From Octopus vulgaris (taxonomy: Eukaryota): DNA of 64,000 nucleotides. A program made the translations under genes and the position numbers. The stretch's first letter is position 1. The number at the start of each line of letters is the position of its first letter. The notes below the pieces were generated by a model that was given only the letters and a program-made list of their open reading frames with translations, was not told the DNA's origin and ran no database searches. This document shows positions 30,533 through 42,296 of this stretch, piece after piece. The DNA is taken from positions 87,358,001 to 87,422,000 of the forward strand of contig OX597821.1 in the NCBI GenBank assembly GCA_951406725.2. Reading direction: 5' to 3'.

Positions 30533-30712
30533 GGGAGAGAGGGCCAGTTAATTAGATCGACCCCAGTACGCAACTGGTACTTGATTTATCGACCCCGAAA
30601 GGATGAAAGGCAAAATCGATCACAGCGGAATTTGAACTCAGAACGTAAAGACAGGCGAAATACCGCTTAGCATTTCGCCCGGCGTTCTAACGATTCTGCC
30701 AGCTCACCGCCT
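30533..30712 (-). mobile_element. SINE B (tail-2 type)
   Basis: Matches the other B copies. Confidence 0.88.
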
Positions 30713-30857
30713 TTTCCGTTTCCAGTAATGAGGAGAGTATGGGCCAAAGCCAGTTCTCGGTTCTACCATTCGAGTACAGTAGGATAGGTAAACACTGAGA
30801 AATAACTCACCCCTTTGGCTTATATTCCTGCAGACTGTCGTTTTGAAAACTTGTATT

Positions 30858-31230
30858 GGCGCAGGCGTAGCTGCGTGGTAAGAAGCTTGCTTACTAACTA
30901 CATGGTTCCAGGTTTAGTCCTACTGCGTGGCACCTTGGGCCGACCAAAGACTTGTGAGTGGATTTGGTAGAGGGAAACTGAAGGAAGCCCGTCATACAAA
31001 CACTCACACAGACACACACACACATATGTTTGTGTGTTTGTGTTTGGTCCCCTACCATCGCATGGCAACCGATGTTGATGTATTTACGTACCCACGGATT
31101 AGCGGTTCGGCAAAAGATACCGATAGAAGAAGTACTAGGCTTACAAAGAATAAATCATGGGGGCGATTTGTTCGACTAAAGGCGGTGCTCCAGCATGGCC
31201 GCAGTCTGAAATTAATAAAAGAATAAAAGA
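30858..31230 (+). mobile_element. SINE A with an internal deletion
   Basis: ccttgggc|cgacc: about 26 bp deleted relative to other copies. Confidence 0.88.
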
Positions 31231-32063
31231 AAGGTAAGTTCAAACCGTTACTGAATTCCTTTCAAGAACTGAAAGTAGCTGCCACTTCAAAACACCCAGC
31301 CCATTATTCCTGGGAGGCTCGTGAAGGGCAGAATCCGCAGGTATCACCTTCATAGCCTCTTATCAGAAGCAACAGCTTTACATTTTCTGGCTGGCTTCCC
31401 AAGCGTGACCAAGTGAGACAATAGTTATTATCCAACCATCTCGTTCTAGGTTGGCTCGGCTTGAATAATCCGCCTTACGATTCTTCCCTGCGACATCCTC
31501 ACTAGAAATATATTACGAATAAGGACGGATAGCTGCTACATGTAGCAGGCAAAAGTCTAGTACTGAGGACGGGAAGGCACCTAGAAACCGGCTGGTCCAC
31601 TGGTTTTGCTATGCTGGAGTGGGAGTCGTTCGCTCACTTACTCGCAATAAAACGGATACAGGTTGTGTATCGTTAACCAGCAGGAAAAGATGTTTTCCTG
31701 GGGTTAAAATGTAGTAACATTTGTTCTGCATAGAACAGCCAGATAAAAGATGCAACTGACATTACTCCTTAGTACTGTTTCTATGTGAATCTCTTTCAGA
31801 GATTTTAAACCAGCTACTATGAATTTTATTAAATTACCGAATTTGGTGGCATATAAGACGGACATTTAAATAAAAAATTTCTCAAAAAAAAAAAGAAAGA
31901 AAGGTAGAATAAGAAAGAATGAAAATTATTTTGGGTCCTATAAGCGAAATTGCTTTAATTATTACCAATTTTAATGCGTATCTATAGTTGCTGCTGTATG
32001 TTAATCAAAATACATATTAAAATTGAGAATTATAGAAATATTATTGCATAGTTTTTGTGTAAC

Positions 32064-32292
32064 AAAACAGAAAAACGGAATGGTTCTGCAATTATTTATT
32101 CTCCATTACACGTGTTTCATTTGCTAATAGGAATTACAAGGATTTGTTACACAGACATATAAGAAATTTCCTGTTAGAAATTCCTTACATGTCTATCTAA
32201 CATGTAAATCCTTGTTATTCCTATTAGCAAACGAAACATGTGTAATGGACAATAAATTATAGCAAAAAAAAAAAAATCCATTTTCCTGTTTT
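32064..32292. repeat. Long imperfect palindrome (~105-bp arms)
   Basis: ccattacacgtgtttcatttgctaataggaattacaaggattt mirrors aaatccttgttattcctattagcaaacgaaacatgtgtaatgg; centre at about 32173. Confidence 0.9.
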
Positions 32293-32921
32293 CATATATG
32301 TATGTATGTGTCCTGAACAATATTTTCAAAAAAGAACACATCTAAATACACGCACATATACACACACACACGCGTGCGCGCGAAATTAGCTGTTAAATTC
32401 TTTTCTTTCGAAATTATGCCTATATCAAAGTTTGCAAAAGTATGTGTGCGCCTCATTCCGAATTTTGGAGACCTACGTTTACGAAAGTGTCTTTGAAGAT
32501 TATGTTGACAAGCTTAATTTTTAAAGGAATTTCGGATCATTCTTCCCCGCTTTCCATTTGTTTCCGTATAACTCTCTTTAAAAATGCGTATTTTTTAAAA
32601 ATAGATTCTTGCAAATAAACGTTTTCATGAATACAGGTTACGATCATGTTCATAAAGTTATGGAAAAAAAATGTCTAAAGTTAAGCAAATAGGTGGTTAT
32701 TAAGTAGAGAGGCGGATAGAATGTTCTCAAACTTATCTGCTGCATTATTTCGTTTTCTAAATTTTATAATCATAATCTCAACTCGTAAAATCATATTTCT
32801 GCGAACTTTTCAAATGAAATTAATATGCAAAATTTCAAACGCTGTTTAAAGGGATTTATGACAAAATAAATTCGGTAAATACCTTTACCTCAATTACTTT
32901 TAGAAAATATTTATCAACATA

Positions 32922-33328
32922 GGCGCAGGAGTGGCTGTGTGGTAAGTAGCTTGCTAACCAACCACATGGTTCCGGGTTCAGTCCCACTGCGTGGCATCTT
33001 GGGCAAGTGTCTTCTGCTATAGCCCCGGGCCGACCAATGCCTTGTGAGTGGATTTGGTAGACGGAAACTGAAAGAAGCCTGTCGTATATATGTATATATA
33101 TATATGCGTGTGTGTGTTTCTGTGTCTGTGTTTGTCCCCCTAGCGTTGCTTGACAACCGATGCTGGTGTGTTTACGTCCCCGTCACTTAGCGGTTCGGCA
33201 AAAGAGACCGATAGAATAAGTACTGGGCTTACAAAGAATAAGTCCCGGGGTCGATTTGCTCGACTAAAGGCGGTGCTCCAGCATGGCCGCAGTCAAATGA
33301 CTGAAACAAGTAAAAGAGTAAAGAGTAT
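32922..33328 (+). mobile_element. SINE A
   Basis: Full-length copy. Confidence 0.93.
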
Positions 33329-33344
33329 AATCTTACGTAAATTT

Positions 33345-33720
33345 CTTACCTCCGCCTTAGCGAAGGCAGAGGTATTGTTTTTCAGTGGTGTTTGTTTGTT
33401 TGTTTGTTTGTCCGTGGACAAGATATCTCAAGAACCACTGGATGAATTCGGATGAAACTTTCAGGGATGTTTGGCCTCATGACTGGCACGAACTAATTGG
33501 ATTTTGAGATCGATCCGGTACCGGACAAGGATTCGGGATTATTTTTCCTGATATTTTAGGTAATTTTTGAGAGAGGTCGGCTTCATTTTTAGTATTCTCG
33601 TTTGTGAGAGTAGTCGAGTTTACTTCAGATATTCTCATTTTAAAAATCATCTCCAGCTAATCGTTAGGAGGACGTTGGTGTTGCCTTGGCGGAGGTTTGC
33701 GCTCTCTGAGGGCTCTTGTT
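33345..33720 (+). mobile_element. Non-autonomous Helentron/Helitron2-type (HINE/DINE-1-like) element
   Basis: 5' subTIR acctccgcc with adjacent inverted ggcagaggt; (GTTT)n; 3' subTIR ggcggaggt followed by hairpin gcgctc-tct-gagggc; T-rich ends. Confidence 0.8.
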
Positions 33721-33938
33721 ATTATTGCTTTTCTTTTTCTTGTTTCAGTCATTTAACTGCGGCCATGCTGGGGCACCGTCTTGAAGGGTTTTAGTCGAAC
33801 AAATTGACTCCAATACTTACCTTTTAAAGCCGGGTACTTGATATATCCGTCTCTTTTATCGAACCGCTAAGTTACGGAGATGCAAACACACCAACACCGG
33901 TTGTCAAGCGGTGGTGGCATACAAACTCAGACTAACAC

Positions 33939-33970
<32 letters not shown>

Positions 33971-33987
33971 GCATAAAAACGATAAAC

Positions 33988-34289
33988 GTCGCCCTTTTCA
34001 AGCCTAGCCAAGCTCATGGGCCCGGTGTCCCGGTTTCTGTGGCGTATGTGTTCCCCTGCAGCTGGATGGGACGCCAGTCCATCGTAGCATTAATCAAGAA
34101 ACAGGAAGAGAGAGTGAGAGAAAGTTGTGGTGAAAGAGTATAACAGGGGTCGCTACCACCCCCTGCCGGAGTCTCGTGGAGCTTTTAGGTGTTTTCGCTC
34201 AATAAATACACACAACACCCGGTCTGGGAATCGAAACCACGATCCTCCGACCGCGAGTCCGCTGCCCTAACCACTGGGCCATTGCGTCC
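33988..34289 (-). mobile_element. SINE with C head/body and D-type tail
   Basis: Head and body match 40237-40425; the tail gatggactggcgtcccatccag...gaaaccggg matches 34290-34380. Confidence 0.8.
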
Positions 34290-34519
34290 TTTTAAAGCCT
34301 AGCTAGGATCATAGGCCTGGTTTCCCGGTTTCTATGGCGTATGTATTTCCCAGCTGGACGGGACGCCAGTCCATCACAGCGTTACTCATTTTTGCTAGCT
34401 GAGTGGACTGGAGCAACGTGAAATGAAGTGTTTTGCTCAAGAACACAACGCGTCGCCCGGTCCAGGAATCGAAACCACAATCTTACGATCATGATGCTGA
34501 CACCCTAACCACTAAGCAC
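34290..34519 (-). mobile_element. SINE D (tRNA head, CORE/Nin-like cttgagcaaaacacttca..ctccagtccactcagc, gatggactggcgtccc tail)
   Basis: Box A gcttagtggttag and box B ggtttcgattcc on the minus strand. Confidence 0.8.
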
Positions 34520-34671
34520 TTGCCAAAGGTGCCTCGCAGTGGGACGGAACCCGGAACCATGTGGTTGGGAAGCAAGGTTCTTACTTCACTGGCACGCCTG
34601 TGCCTATCAACAGATGTGACTTCTTCAGGAGGTTATAAGAAAAAAATATTGGGAGGGGGCTCCAAACGCTA

Positions 34672-34736
<65 letters not shown>

Positions 34737-34817
34737 TAGAACCTCGGTTTACGTCCGCCTTTATGTATGTATGTATGTATGTATGTATGTATGTATGTAT
34801 GTATGTATGTATGTATG

Positions 34818-34880
<63 letters not shown>

Positions 34881-34889
<9 letters not shown>

Positions 34890-35090
34890 ACCGCGTGTGT
34901 ATCGTCGATTTTCATCCTCCGTCTTCCCTTCATTGGACCTTTCCTTCTTCTATGTTTCTGACGAAGAGCTCCGCTCAAAACGTTAAATCCTCGTTCTTTT
35001 TTTCCTTTCCTGAGCGTCCAATGACACTATACTTGCTTCACGTCAACGGGTTGTTGTGTTTTCTCTCTGTATTTTCATTTTTGGATTAAC
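34881..35090 (+). mobile_element. Short Penelope-like terminal fragment in (TA)n
   Basis: TA runs on both sides; carries a hammerhead motif; ends tttggattaac(ta)n. Confidence 0.6.
34954..34988 (+). ncRNA. Minimal hammerhead motif, probably inactivated (G12A)
   Basis: gttt-CTGACGA-a gagc tcc gctc-AAAA-cg-TT-aaat; GAAA reads AAAA, consistent with a CpG transition. Confidence 0.6.
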
Positions 35091-35917
35091 TATATATATA
35101 TATATGTATAAAGCACTAGTCACGATCAGAGTTGTTCGAAAACCGATGTACTACTGTATATATATATATTTGAAATAAAATTCTTTCAGTTTTCCTTACT
35201 TACATTTAACACCTCCTACTGCCACTCCTCTCTTCTCCTTTTGTTACCTTACCAGTAACCCATAACCAAATGTGATGTGTATGCATCAGAAACCATCTTC
35301 TATTCTAAGACTATGACGCTTCACCGGTCCGTTGCTATTAACTCATAGAAATCTGAGGTGACCGAGGGTTGGGTCATCAAGGTTATCAGCAAGCAGGTTT
35401 AACAGTTGCAGCAGTGTTTGAATAAATAAACCTGAAGAACGGACGAGTCGAATTTTAGTGGTTTACTCCTTTTTTACTCGCTAATGCTAATTCTAGATCA
35501 TATAATCTCTTAAGGCTTTTTAATGTATCGATAATATCGATGTATACAGTTCCTGTTGGCAAGCCAGCGTACGAAATGTTATCAAGGAAGCCTTGTACAA
35601 CCGAGAGTTTGGGTTTATCGGGCAATGTTCTGTTGACTTCATCATCCACACTATCTCAATTGTCACGAACAAGAACTTCATCCGCTATACATTTTTCTAT
35701 TAACCCTTAGTATCTAGAGTCACATTCTATGTCTTCCTACCGGTTCTATCGTCGTCAACTGTGACATCTATCTCGCCTTCCCTCTGAATTATACAAGGAA
35801 ATCACTTGCTTGGAATCTTTCAAAATTGTATTCTTCTTCCACATTATGCAGGAATAAATTTCCTGGAATTAGCTAAAGTAAGTCTTCAGTGATTTCTGTG
35901 AAGCGACGAAATTGAAT

Positions 35918-36118
35918 AATCCTTTCTACTATAGGCACAAGGCCTGAGATTTCGGGGGAGGGGGCCTGTCGATTAGATCGATGCCAGTACGCAACTGGTG
36001 CTTCATTTATCGACCCCGAAAGGATGAAAGGCAAAGTCGGCCTCGGCGGAATTTGAACTCAGAACGAAGCGACGGGCGAAATACCGTGAAGCATTTCGTC
36101 CAGCGCGGTAACGATTCG
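35918..36118 (-). mobile_element. SINE B (tail-2) inserted in the transposase remnant
   Basis: Matches the other B copies. Confidence 0.88.
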
Positions 36119-36332
36119 TCAAAACACCATCGTGGGTTACGAATATGACTTGATGAATAACTGGTGTGTGAATGTAACATGCACCTTATTTTAGCATCAT
36201 TACCAACATGTAAGGAACACCTGTTGAACAGGTGCGTAGGAAAAATAAATGATAGCTTTACCTCATCAGCAGAAACTTCCTGGTATCTTTGTTCTGTAAG
36301 AGTGAAATACGAAAAAAAAAAAAAAAGTGTCA

Positions 36333-36509
36333 TTAACTCTTTCGTCCTCAAACCGGCAATATCAGGCCCAACTATTCTACAAGTAGTATGTTCAAACTGG
36401 CCAGGTCAGGCCTCTCACACCTACTCTACAATGTCAATGGCAAATTTAAAACAAAGTGAATGAATAAAACATTATATGTGACAGAGTAATCTGAATGTTA
36501 AAGAGTTGA
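36333..36509. mobile_element. Possible piggyBac-type MITE
   Basis: ttaa-ctcttt ... aaagag-ttga: short TIRs with TTAA-like flanks, interrupting the transposase remnant. Confidence 0.4.
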
Positions 36510-38493
36510 ATATAAGCATGTTGAACTATTTTTCGGAATGGTGAAAATGCAGCAGCACCTATTGCAACTTGATTTTCAAAAGTCGCAGACGTCCTGATCT
36601 TTCTCACTCAATCATTAACTTTGTAAGAACTATACTGTTCCTTACTCAATTTATGTATATTTGTTCAGGCTTCATTCTCAAATGCCTCATTATTTCAACC
36701 TAGTTAGTATCAACACAATCCATTTTCACTCCATCGCCATTATATACTTGACAAATTAAGGGTCATACACACATCATTAAGTAATGTAACCTCTTCCTGA
36801 ATGGTTCGGTCTCCTTGGTTGGTATGCTGCTTTCCCCTCCAGGGGTAATTTTATTACCCATTTCATGGCAATTTCCAACTCGTCATAATTGCCCATCAGT
36901 AGCTTTGAAATTCTTGTTACACATATTTCTAGTTTACATTGGAAGCAGCATTTTAAATTTCCACACCACGGATCTTGTTACCGCAGGATCATTAACGAAT
37001 AAACCATGCGTCAATGCCTCCTTAAGATTTGTATATTTTGTAACTCTCAGGCGTTTTATTGTACAAACAGATAATGGTTTAGAATTTGCGTCAACATTAT
37101 GTTTCAAGAAATATTCAGTGATTTTATATTTGGCCTTGGGTTTGTCCGAAATTAATTGCGTTTTAACAGTGTACTCTTCCCAAACCTACACCACTGAAGC
37201 ACCAGCTTCTAGCTGTTTTATAAGTTCCAATTTTGGATTCGCAGATAAGGTTACATGTTTGATCTTCAGACTGTTAATCTCCATGGAAGCCATGATGTCA
37301 AATACAAGGCTGAACGATACCTAATCAGTGAAATATCAACAAAAATCGCAAGGCAACACAAATTGTTCTGTATTGAATATGGAGTTTATTTTCAACGTGT
37401 GCATTGTGGTACGACGCTGAATCTGGATGTCTGGAATATGTAATATTCAAAAATAAACATACAAGTTTCAGTTTCTTTCGACCTACATAAATCCTTGTTT
37501 CTGAGTACGTATTATTTGATTTGAAAACAAATTACTGCCAGATTAAATCGTGACACAGCAAGAACATAATTACTATGAAGAAAATCAGTTTCAGTAAATA
37601 AATTTTCGAGGAATTTAAACGCACAGCTTCTCCCCATGAAGTAACAGGTGGAATATAGATCAAAAGATGTGAGGAGAAGAAGGAATGAATGAATCCGAAT
37701 AGTCGGCGAATTATACGAAGCTAATTAGTATATTAGTATGGATGCGGGAGTTTGACTGCTAGGGAGAAACGATACATATATAGGCTGTGTGGTAAGTAGC
37801 TTGCTAACCTACTTCCTATGAATCTGGGTTGTTAGTGTGCGCATGTGTCATTGTGTTGTGCACTGAAGAAGATAGCCGGGTCCAAGGTAAGACTTTTCTC
37901 TCGGACCCAGTGAAGGTCGTTGTCTGTGCTTATATGTTTTACAGACAGGGAATACTCACTGGATTCAGGATGTTGGTCTACTTGCGGTTCAGCAACATGG
38001 TCCATAGTAAATGAAAATTTGTTATCATTGTGAGAAGTACAGTCTGGTGAGCGGATCCTTTAACCAAAAATTGTTCGCTTTTTAACAGTGTATGTTTTTA
38101 CAACAGCATTTACCATTATTGGAAAACTTTATTTCAAGTGTTCACATGAGGTGAAATTTTTTTCTCATTGTGAGAAATATAATTTGGTGACGTTTACTGC
38201 CACCAAAAGTCGTTCGCTGTTTGTAAATAGCGTGTATTTTACAACTACGTCGGAAAGCTGTATTTCAAGTTAAGCAATCCAGGTTCTAATAGGAGTACCA
38301 TAGGGCTTGGAGTACTTGCATGCCCAGAAATTTTTTTTGCTGTGTTTTTTTGAACTGTTGTTTTCTTCTTCTATTGTGACTTTTTTTTATTGAAATGATT
38401 ATTTTTTACTTCTTCCCTTTTGTTTTCTTTTGAATTCTTTCTTTCTTTTTTTGTGAACTATTGTTTTGGACTTTTTATTTTTTAATTTAAAAC

Positions 38494-39160
38494 ATGGCAA
38501 AAAAAATACGAATAAGATTGTAGAGTGGGGGATTGTCCCACCTAAGGAGTAGCTCAGACAACAAGAGGAGAGGACGGTGGTGTTGAGAACGTATTCGAAG
38601 GTTCTCGACACCATTACCGTCTTCTCCAAGCAGATGATTGAGCAGGAGTTGGCAGAACATCTGTCAACCATTAAGTATATCTCTAGGAGAGTCAAACATG
38701 CAACGGTGTGGTTGCTGTTTGACACCCCAGAGGATGCTCGCAGTTTTGAGAGCCAGCCCGTTGAGGGTAACGAAATTTTGTTTCTTCCCAATTGTTGTAG
38801 GAAAAAATTGACGAGGGCCTGGGTCTGTGGTTTGCCACCCGGAATTGAACCCCAGTGGATAGAGGATACTATCCGTCGGGGTCTGGGTAGCAGCAGAGCC
38901 AGGCTCTTCAATGTGAAAATTCTTCCTGCGGCTGATTGGGTGGGTCAAAAGCCCAATCAGCCATGAATCTGGTTATGCCAGATTTTTCGAAAATGGCCGG
39001 TGCAGGTACCCGGTGATTCTTGAGGGTCGTCCCCCACCCAGGTGTCATCGGTGCCTGGAACCTGGCCATATAAAGAAGAACTGTCATCAGGAACAGAGCA
39101 AAGTCCGGGAGCAGTCAATTGTGACCTCTGTAGAAGAAGGAACGAAAGCAGCTGAGGAGA
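38494..39160 (+). pseudogene. Non-LTR retrotransposon ORF1 (gag-like) remnant with CCHC zinc knuckle
   Basis: Includes ORF 38577-38966 (RRM-like, ..RAWVCGLPPGI..); 39043-39084 encodes CHRCLEPGHIKKNC (CX2CX4HX4C); early stop codon and frameshift. Confidence 0.7.
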
Positions 39161-39167
39161 CGGAGGA

Positions 39168-39443
39168 CTTGTGAGTGGATGTGGTATACGGAAACTGAAA
39201 GAAGCCTGTCGTATATATATATAGATATATGTATATGTTTGTGTCTGTGTTTGTTCCCTACCATCGCTTGACAACCGATGTTGGTGTGTTTACGTCATTG
39301 TAGCCTAGCCGTTCGGCAAACGTGACCTATAGAATAAGTACTAGGCTTACAAAGACAGAGTCCTGGGGTCGATTTGTTCGACTAAAAGGCGGTGTTCCAG
39401 CATGGCCGCAGTCAAATGACTGAAACAAGTAAAATAATAAAAG
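39168..39443 (+). mobile_element. 5'-truncated SINE A
   Basis: Starts at cttgtgagtggat. Confidence 0.88.
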
Positions 39444-39579
39444 AACACACACACACACACACACATATGTATATATCTTATTTCTTAAGTAAATAAACAG
39501 GAAGTGTATGGGTAAGATGCCACTCATATACGGCTTTTACTTTTTCCACTCTCTGATAATTCCGCCACCCACCGAATAT

Positions 39580-39797
39580 ATATTTCTTTATTGCCCACAA
39601 GGGGCTAAACATAGAGGGGACAAACAAGGACAGACAAAGGGATTAAGTCGATTACATCGACCCCAGTGCGAAACTGGTACTTTATTTATCGACCACAAAG
39701 TCGACCTCGGCGGAATTTGTACTCAGAACGTAACGACAGACGAAATACCGCTAAGCATTTCGCCCAGCGCGTTAACGTGTCTGCCAGCTCGCTGCCT
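39580..39797 (-). mobile_element. SINE B (tail-1)
   Basis: Matches the other copies, with a small internal deletion. Confidence 0.88.
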
Positions 39798-40236
39798 AGA
39801 ATATATATCATGATGCAACACGCTATGGGACGTGTAGTCCTATCTCAGAACAATTGGTAAAGTATTTCATAATAAGAGAGCCCCACCACCAAAACAAAAT
39901 CTTTCTCATGATTCATAAATATATTATTGAGTGATCTCAATATTTATAACGAATTGACCATATTTTGTGGGTGTGCAGCATCCAAGTGGCATAGCCAAAA
40001 TATAAGCCGCTACAACCCTGATACTAAAAAATGGCAGCGGAAGTCGACATTGATAATCATTCACTTGACTTAAACTCATCGCTTTTGCCAGTTATCTGGC
40101 TTCGGGTCAAAATTTAACGCTATATCTAGAACGTTGACTGTTAGTTTGTTCAAGACAAAAATCTTAGGTTCTGAGATATTGAAATTTGACATATCCTTTT
40201 CTGAATCTGTTTATCTAATGACTATTTATATTGGGT

Positions 40237-40627
40237 GTGGAGGCACAATGGCCCTGTGGTTAGGGCAGCGGACTCGCGGTCATAGGATCGCGGTTTCGAT
40301 TCCCAGACCGGGCGTTGTGAGTGTTTATTGAGCGAAAACACCTAAAAGCTCCACGAGGCTCCGGCAGGGGATGGTGGTGATCCCTGCTGTACTCTTTCAC
40401 CACAACTTTCTCTCACTCTTACTTCCTGTTTCTGTTGTACCTGTATTTCAAAGGACCGGCCTTGTCAATCTCTGTGTCACGCTGAATATCCCCGAGAACT
40501 ACGTTAAGGGTGCACGTGTCTGTGGAGTGCTCAGCCACTTACACGTTAATTTCACGAGCAGGCTGCTCCGTTGATTCGGATCAACCGGAACCCTCATCGT
40601 CGTTACCAACGGAGTGCTTCCATCCAT
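40237..40627 (+). mobile_element. SINE C (tRNA-Arg-like head, RTE-like 3' end)
   Basis: tggccctgtggttagggcagcggactcgcggtc..ggtttcgattccc; near-identical copy at 63587-63976. Confidence 0.9.
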
Positions 40628-40689
40628 TTAGTTTGGGTGATAGAAACACGCCATAATCCCTACAGAGACCTCCAAGCATCATCGGGAAC

Positions 40690-41705
40690 CCTATTATGCA
40701 ACATATATAAACCAGTTATTCCACACACCTCCACCTCATTAAAACGTCCATAGCTACACCAAACAAATTCTGTTAATTGTCTTGTGTTTTTTTTGTTTTT
40801 ATTTACCCAGGCTGTATTTTCGAAAAAAGAAAAAACAACCAAACAAACGAACGAAGAAAAGAAAGCAAGAGTGATATTTCTCGCATGTAAAATGATCTTA
40901 ATATCTGAATGAATTCTGGGTGTAATGGCATTAACGAAATCTAATGCTGGCTGAAGTAGAGGCTTGGTAACAGATGTATAAAACTTCATAATATCATTCA
41001 GAAAGAATCCGTATTTCTTTTTATCAATGATCATACTAAACCTATAACAGACAGCTTATTTATTATTTTGTAACTGGAATTACACTACTTTTCTCATTCC
41101 AAAGATAATAGGATTAAGGATTATTTTTTACTAACTATGCGTAGTTGTGTTTTTTGCAGAGTTGATAAGCTTTTACTTCGAGTCACTTGCGATCCTTGAG
41201 CGTCATATAGTGGGCAGAGTCCCAAGGCTGCTATATTATCGTCTATTTTAAATGCGGATGCGTTCTTCTTAGCTTCTAGGTTAATAGATTTGTGGGACTT
41301 TTTATATATATATATATTGTTAATACTATAAGTTAATAATCTTCTATAAACATTTTCCCCTGAAATATAGAGCTTGTTTGTCTTTATCAGAATTAAGATA
41401 TAACAATTCTTGGTTAGCTAAGAAATTTAGTTTGCACGTTTGTTGGCTCTGGAATTTGCTGCTAAATTTGAGTAATACGATATTTACTATTAGACTGAAT
41501 AAATCCGTTTCAAATAATTCTAGATCTTTCTTTGGATGTGGGCAACTATTTATTTTAAATCCATTTTCATTGTTGGCGTCTGCATTCGGTTTTCTATTTA
41601 TCAAATAAATAGGCTATCCACCTCATTTTTATGGAAATTTTGGCTTTATCAACTGAATCATTTAGGTGATATTTCAAAACAGGAACAGGAATATCCAGGT
41701 GCAGA
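40690..41705 (-). pseudogene. Penelope-like element (Naiad-type) N-terminus and reverse transcriptase remnant
   Basis: Fragments DIPVP..KMRWIAY, GFKINSCP..LELFETDLFSLI, DIMKFYTSVTKPLLQPALDF..IKIILHAR, AWVNK..EVCGITGLYML resemble conserved PLE ORF motifs as recalled. Confidence 0.75.
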
Positions 41706-41917
41706 TATATTTGTATGATGAAAACGTTCACCCAGTAACCACTTGGTTTCGGGTTCAGTTCCAGTGGAAATCGGGTCGACCAATGATTACTAAGTGAAAT
41801 TTTGTACACATACATAAAATATATTTTGGCTGATTTAACTGATTTTACCAATCTGTTTTTCTATTTACACGAGAGCTTGGAAAAAACATTCTCGGCACCT
41901 ATCTGAGCAGCGGGTTG

Positions 41918-42296
41918 GAAAAGTATGGCATTGGCTCTTTGCCGCTGAATGTTTGAAAAGTATGGCATTGGCTCTTTGCCGCTGAATGTTTGAAAAGTAT
42001 GGCATTGGCTCTTTGCCGCTGAATGTTTGAAACGTATGGCATTGGCTCTTTGCCGCTGAATGTTTGAAAAGTATGGCATTGGCTCTTTGCCGCTGAATGT
42101 TTGAAAAGTATGGCATTGGCTCTTTGCCGCTGAATGTTTGAAAAGTATGGCATTGGCTCTTTGCCGCTGAATGTTTGAAAAGTATGGCATTGGCTCTTTG
42201 CCGCTGAATGTTTGAAAAGTATGGCATTGGCTCTTTGCCGCTGAATGTTTGAAAAGTATGGCATTGGCTCTTTGCCGCTGAATGTTTGAAAAGTAT
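41918..42296. repeat. 37-bp minisatellite, 10 full copies plus 9 bp
   Basis: Unit gaaaagtatggcattggctctttgccgctgaatgttt; only one variant base (4th copy gaaacgta). Confidence 0.97.

Larger units (their letters stand above)
33732..34605 (-). mobile_element. SINE A split by nested SINEs (tail 33732-33975, head 34517-34605)
   Basis: Reverse-complement A tail and A head flank the C/D inserts. Confidence 0.75.
35455..37293 (-). pseudogene. Decayed Tigger/pogo-family (CENP-B-like HTH + DDE) transposase
   Basis: Manual translation gives MASMEINSLKIKHVTLSANPKLELIKQLEAGASVV*VWEEY.., IRGVEI*NAAS.., FKATDGQL, and DAKIRCM near 36180. Stops, frameshifts and inserted repeats throughout. Confidence 0.75.

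Noticed and set aside
36815-37324. 169-aa plus-strand ORF
   Set aside because: Antisense shadow of the minus-strand Tigger transposase remnant
38399-38911. 170-aa minus-strand ORF
   Set aside because: Antisense to the LINE ORF1 remnant
40237-40315. tRNA-Arg-like sequence (and the other SINE heads)
   Set aside because: No complete acceptor stem; continues into a multi-copy SINE body
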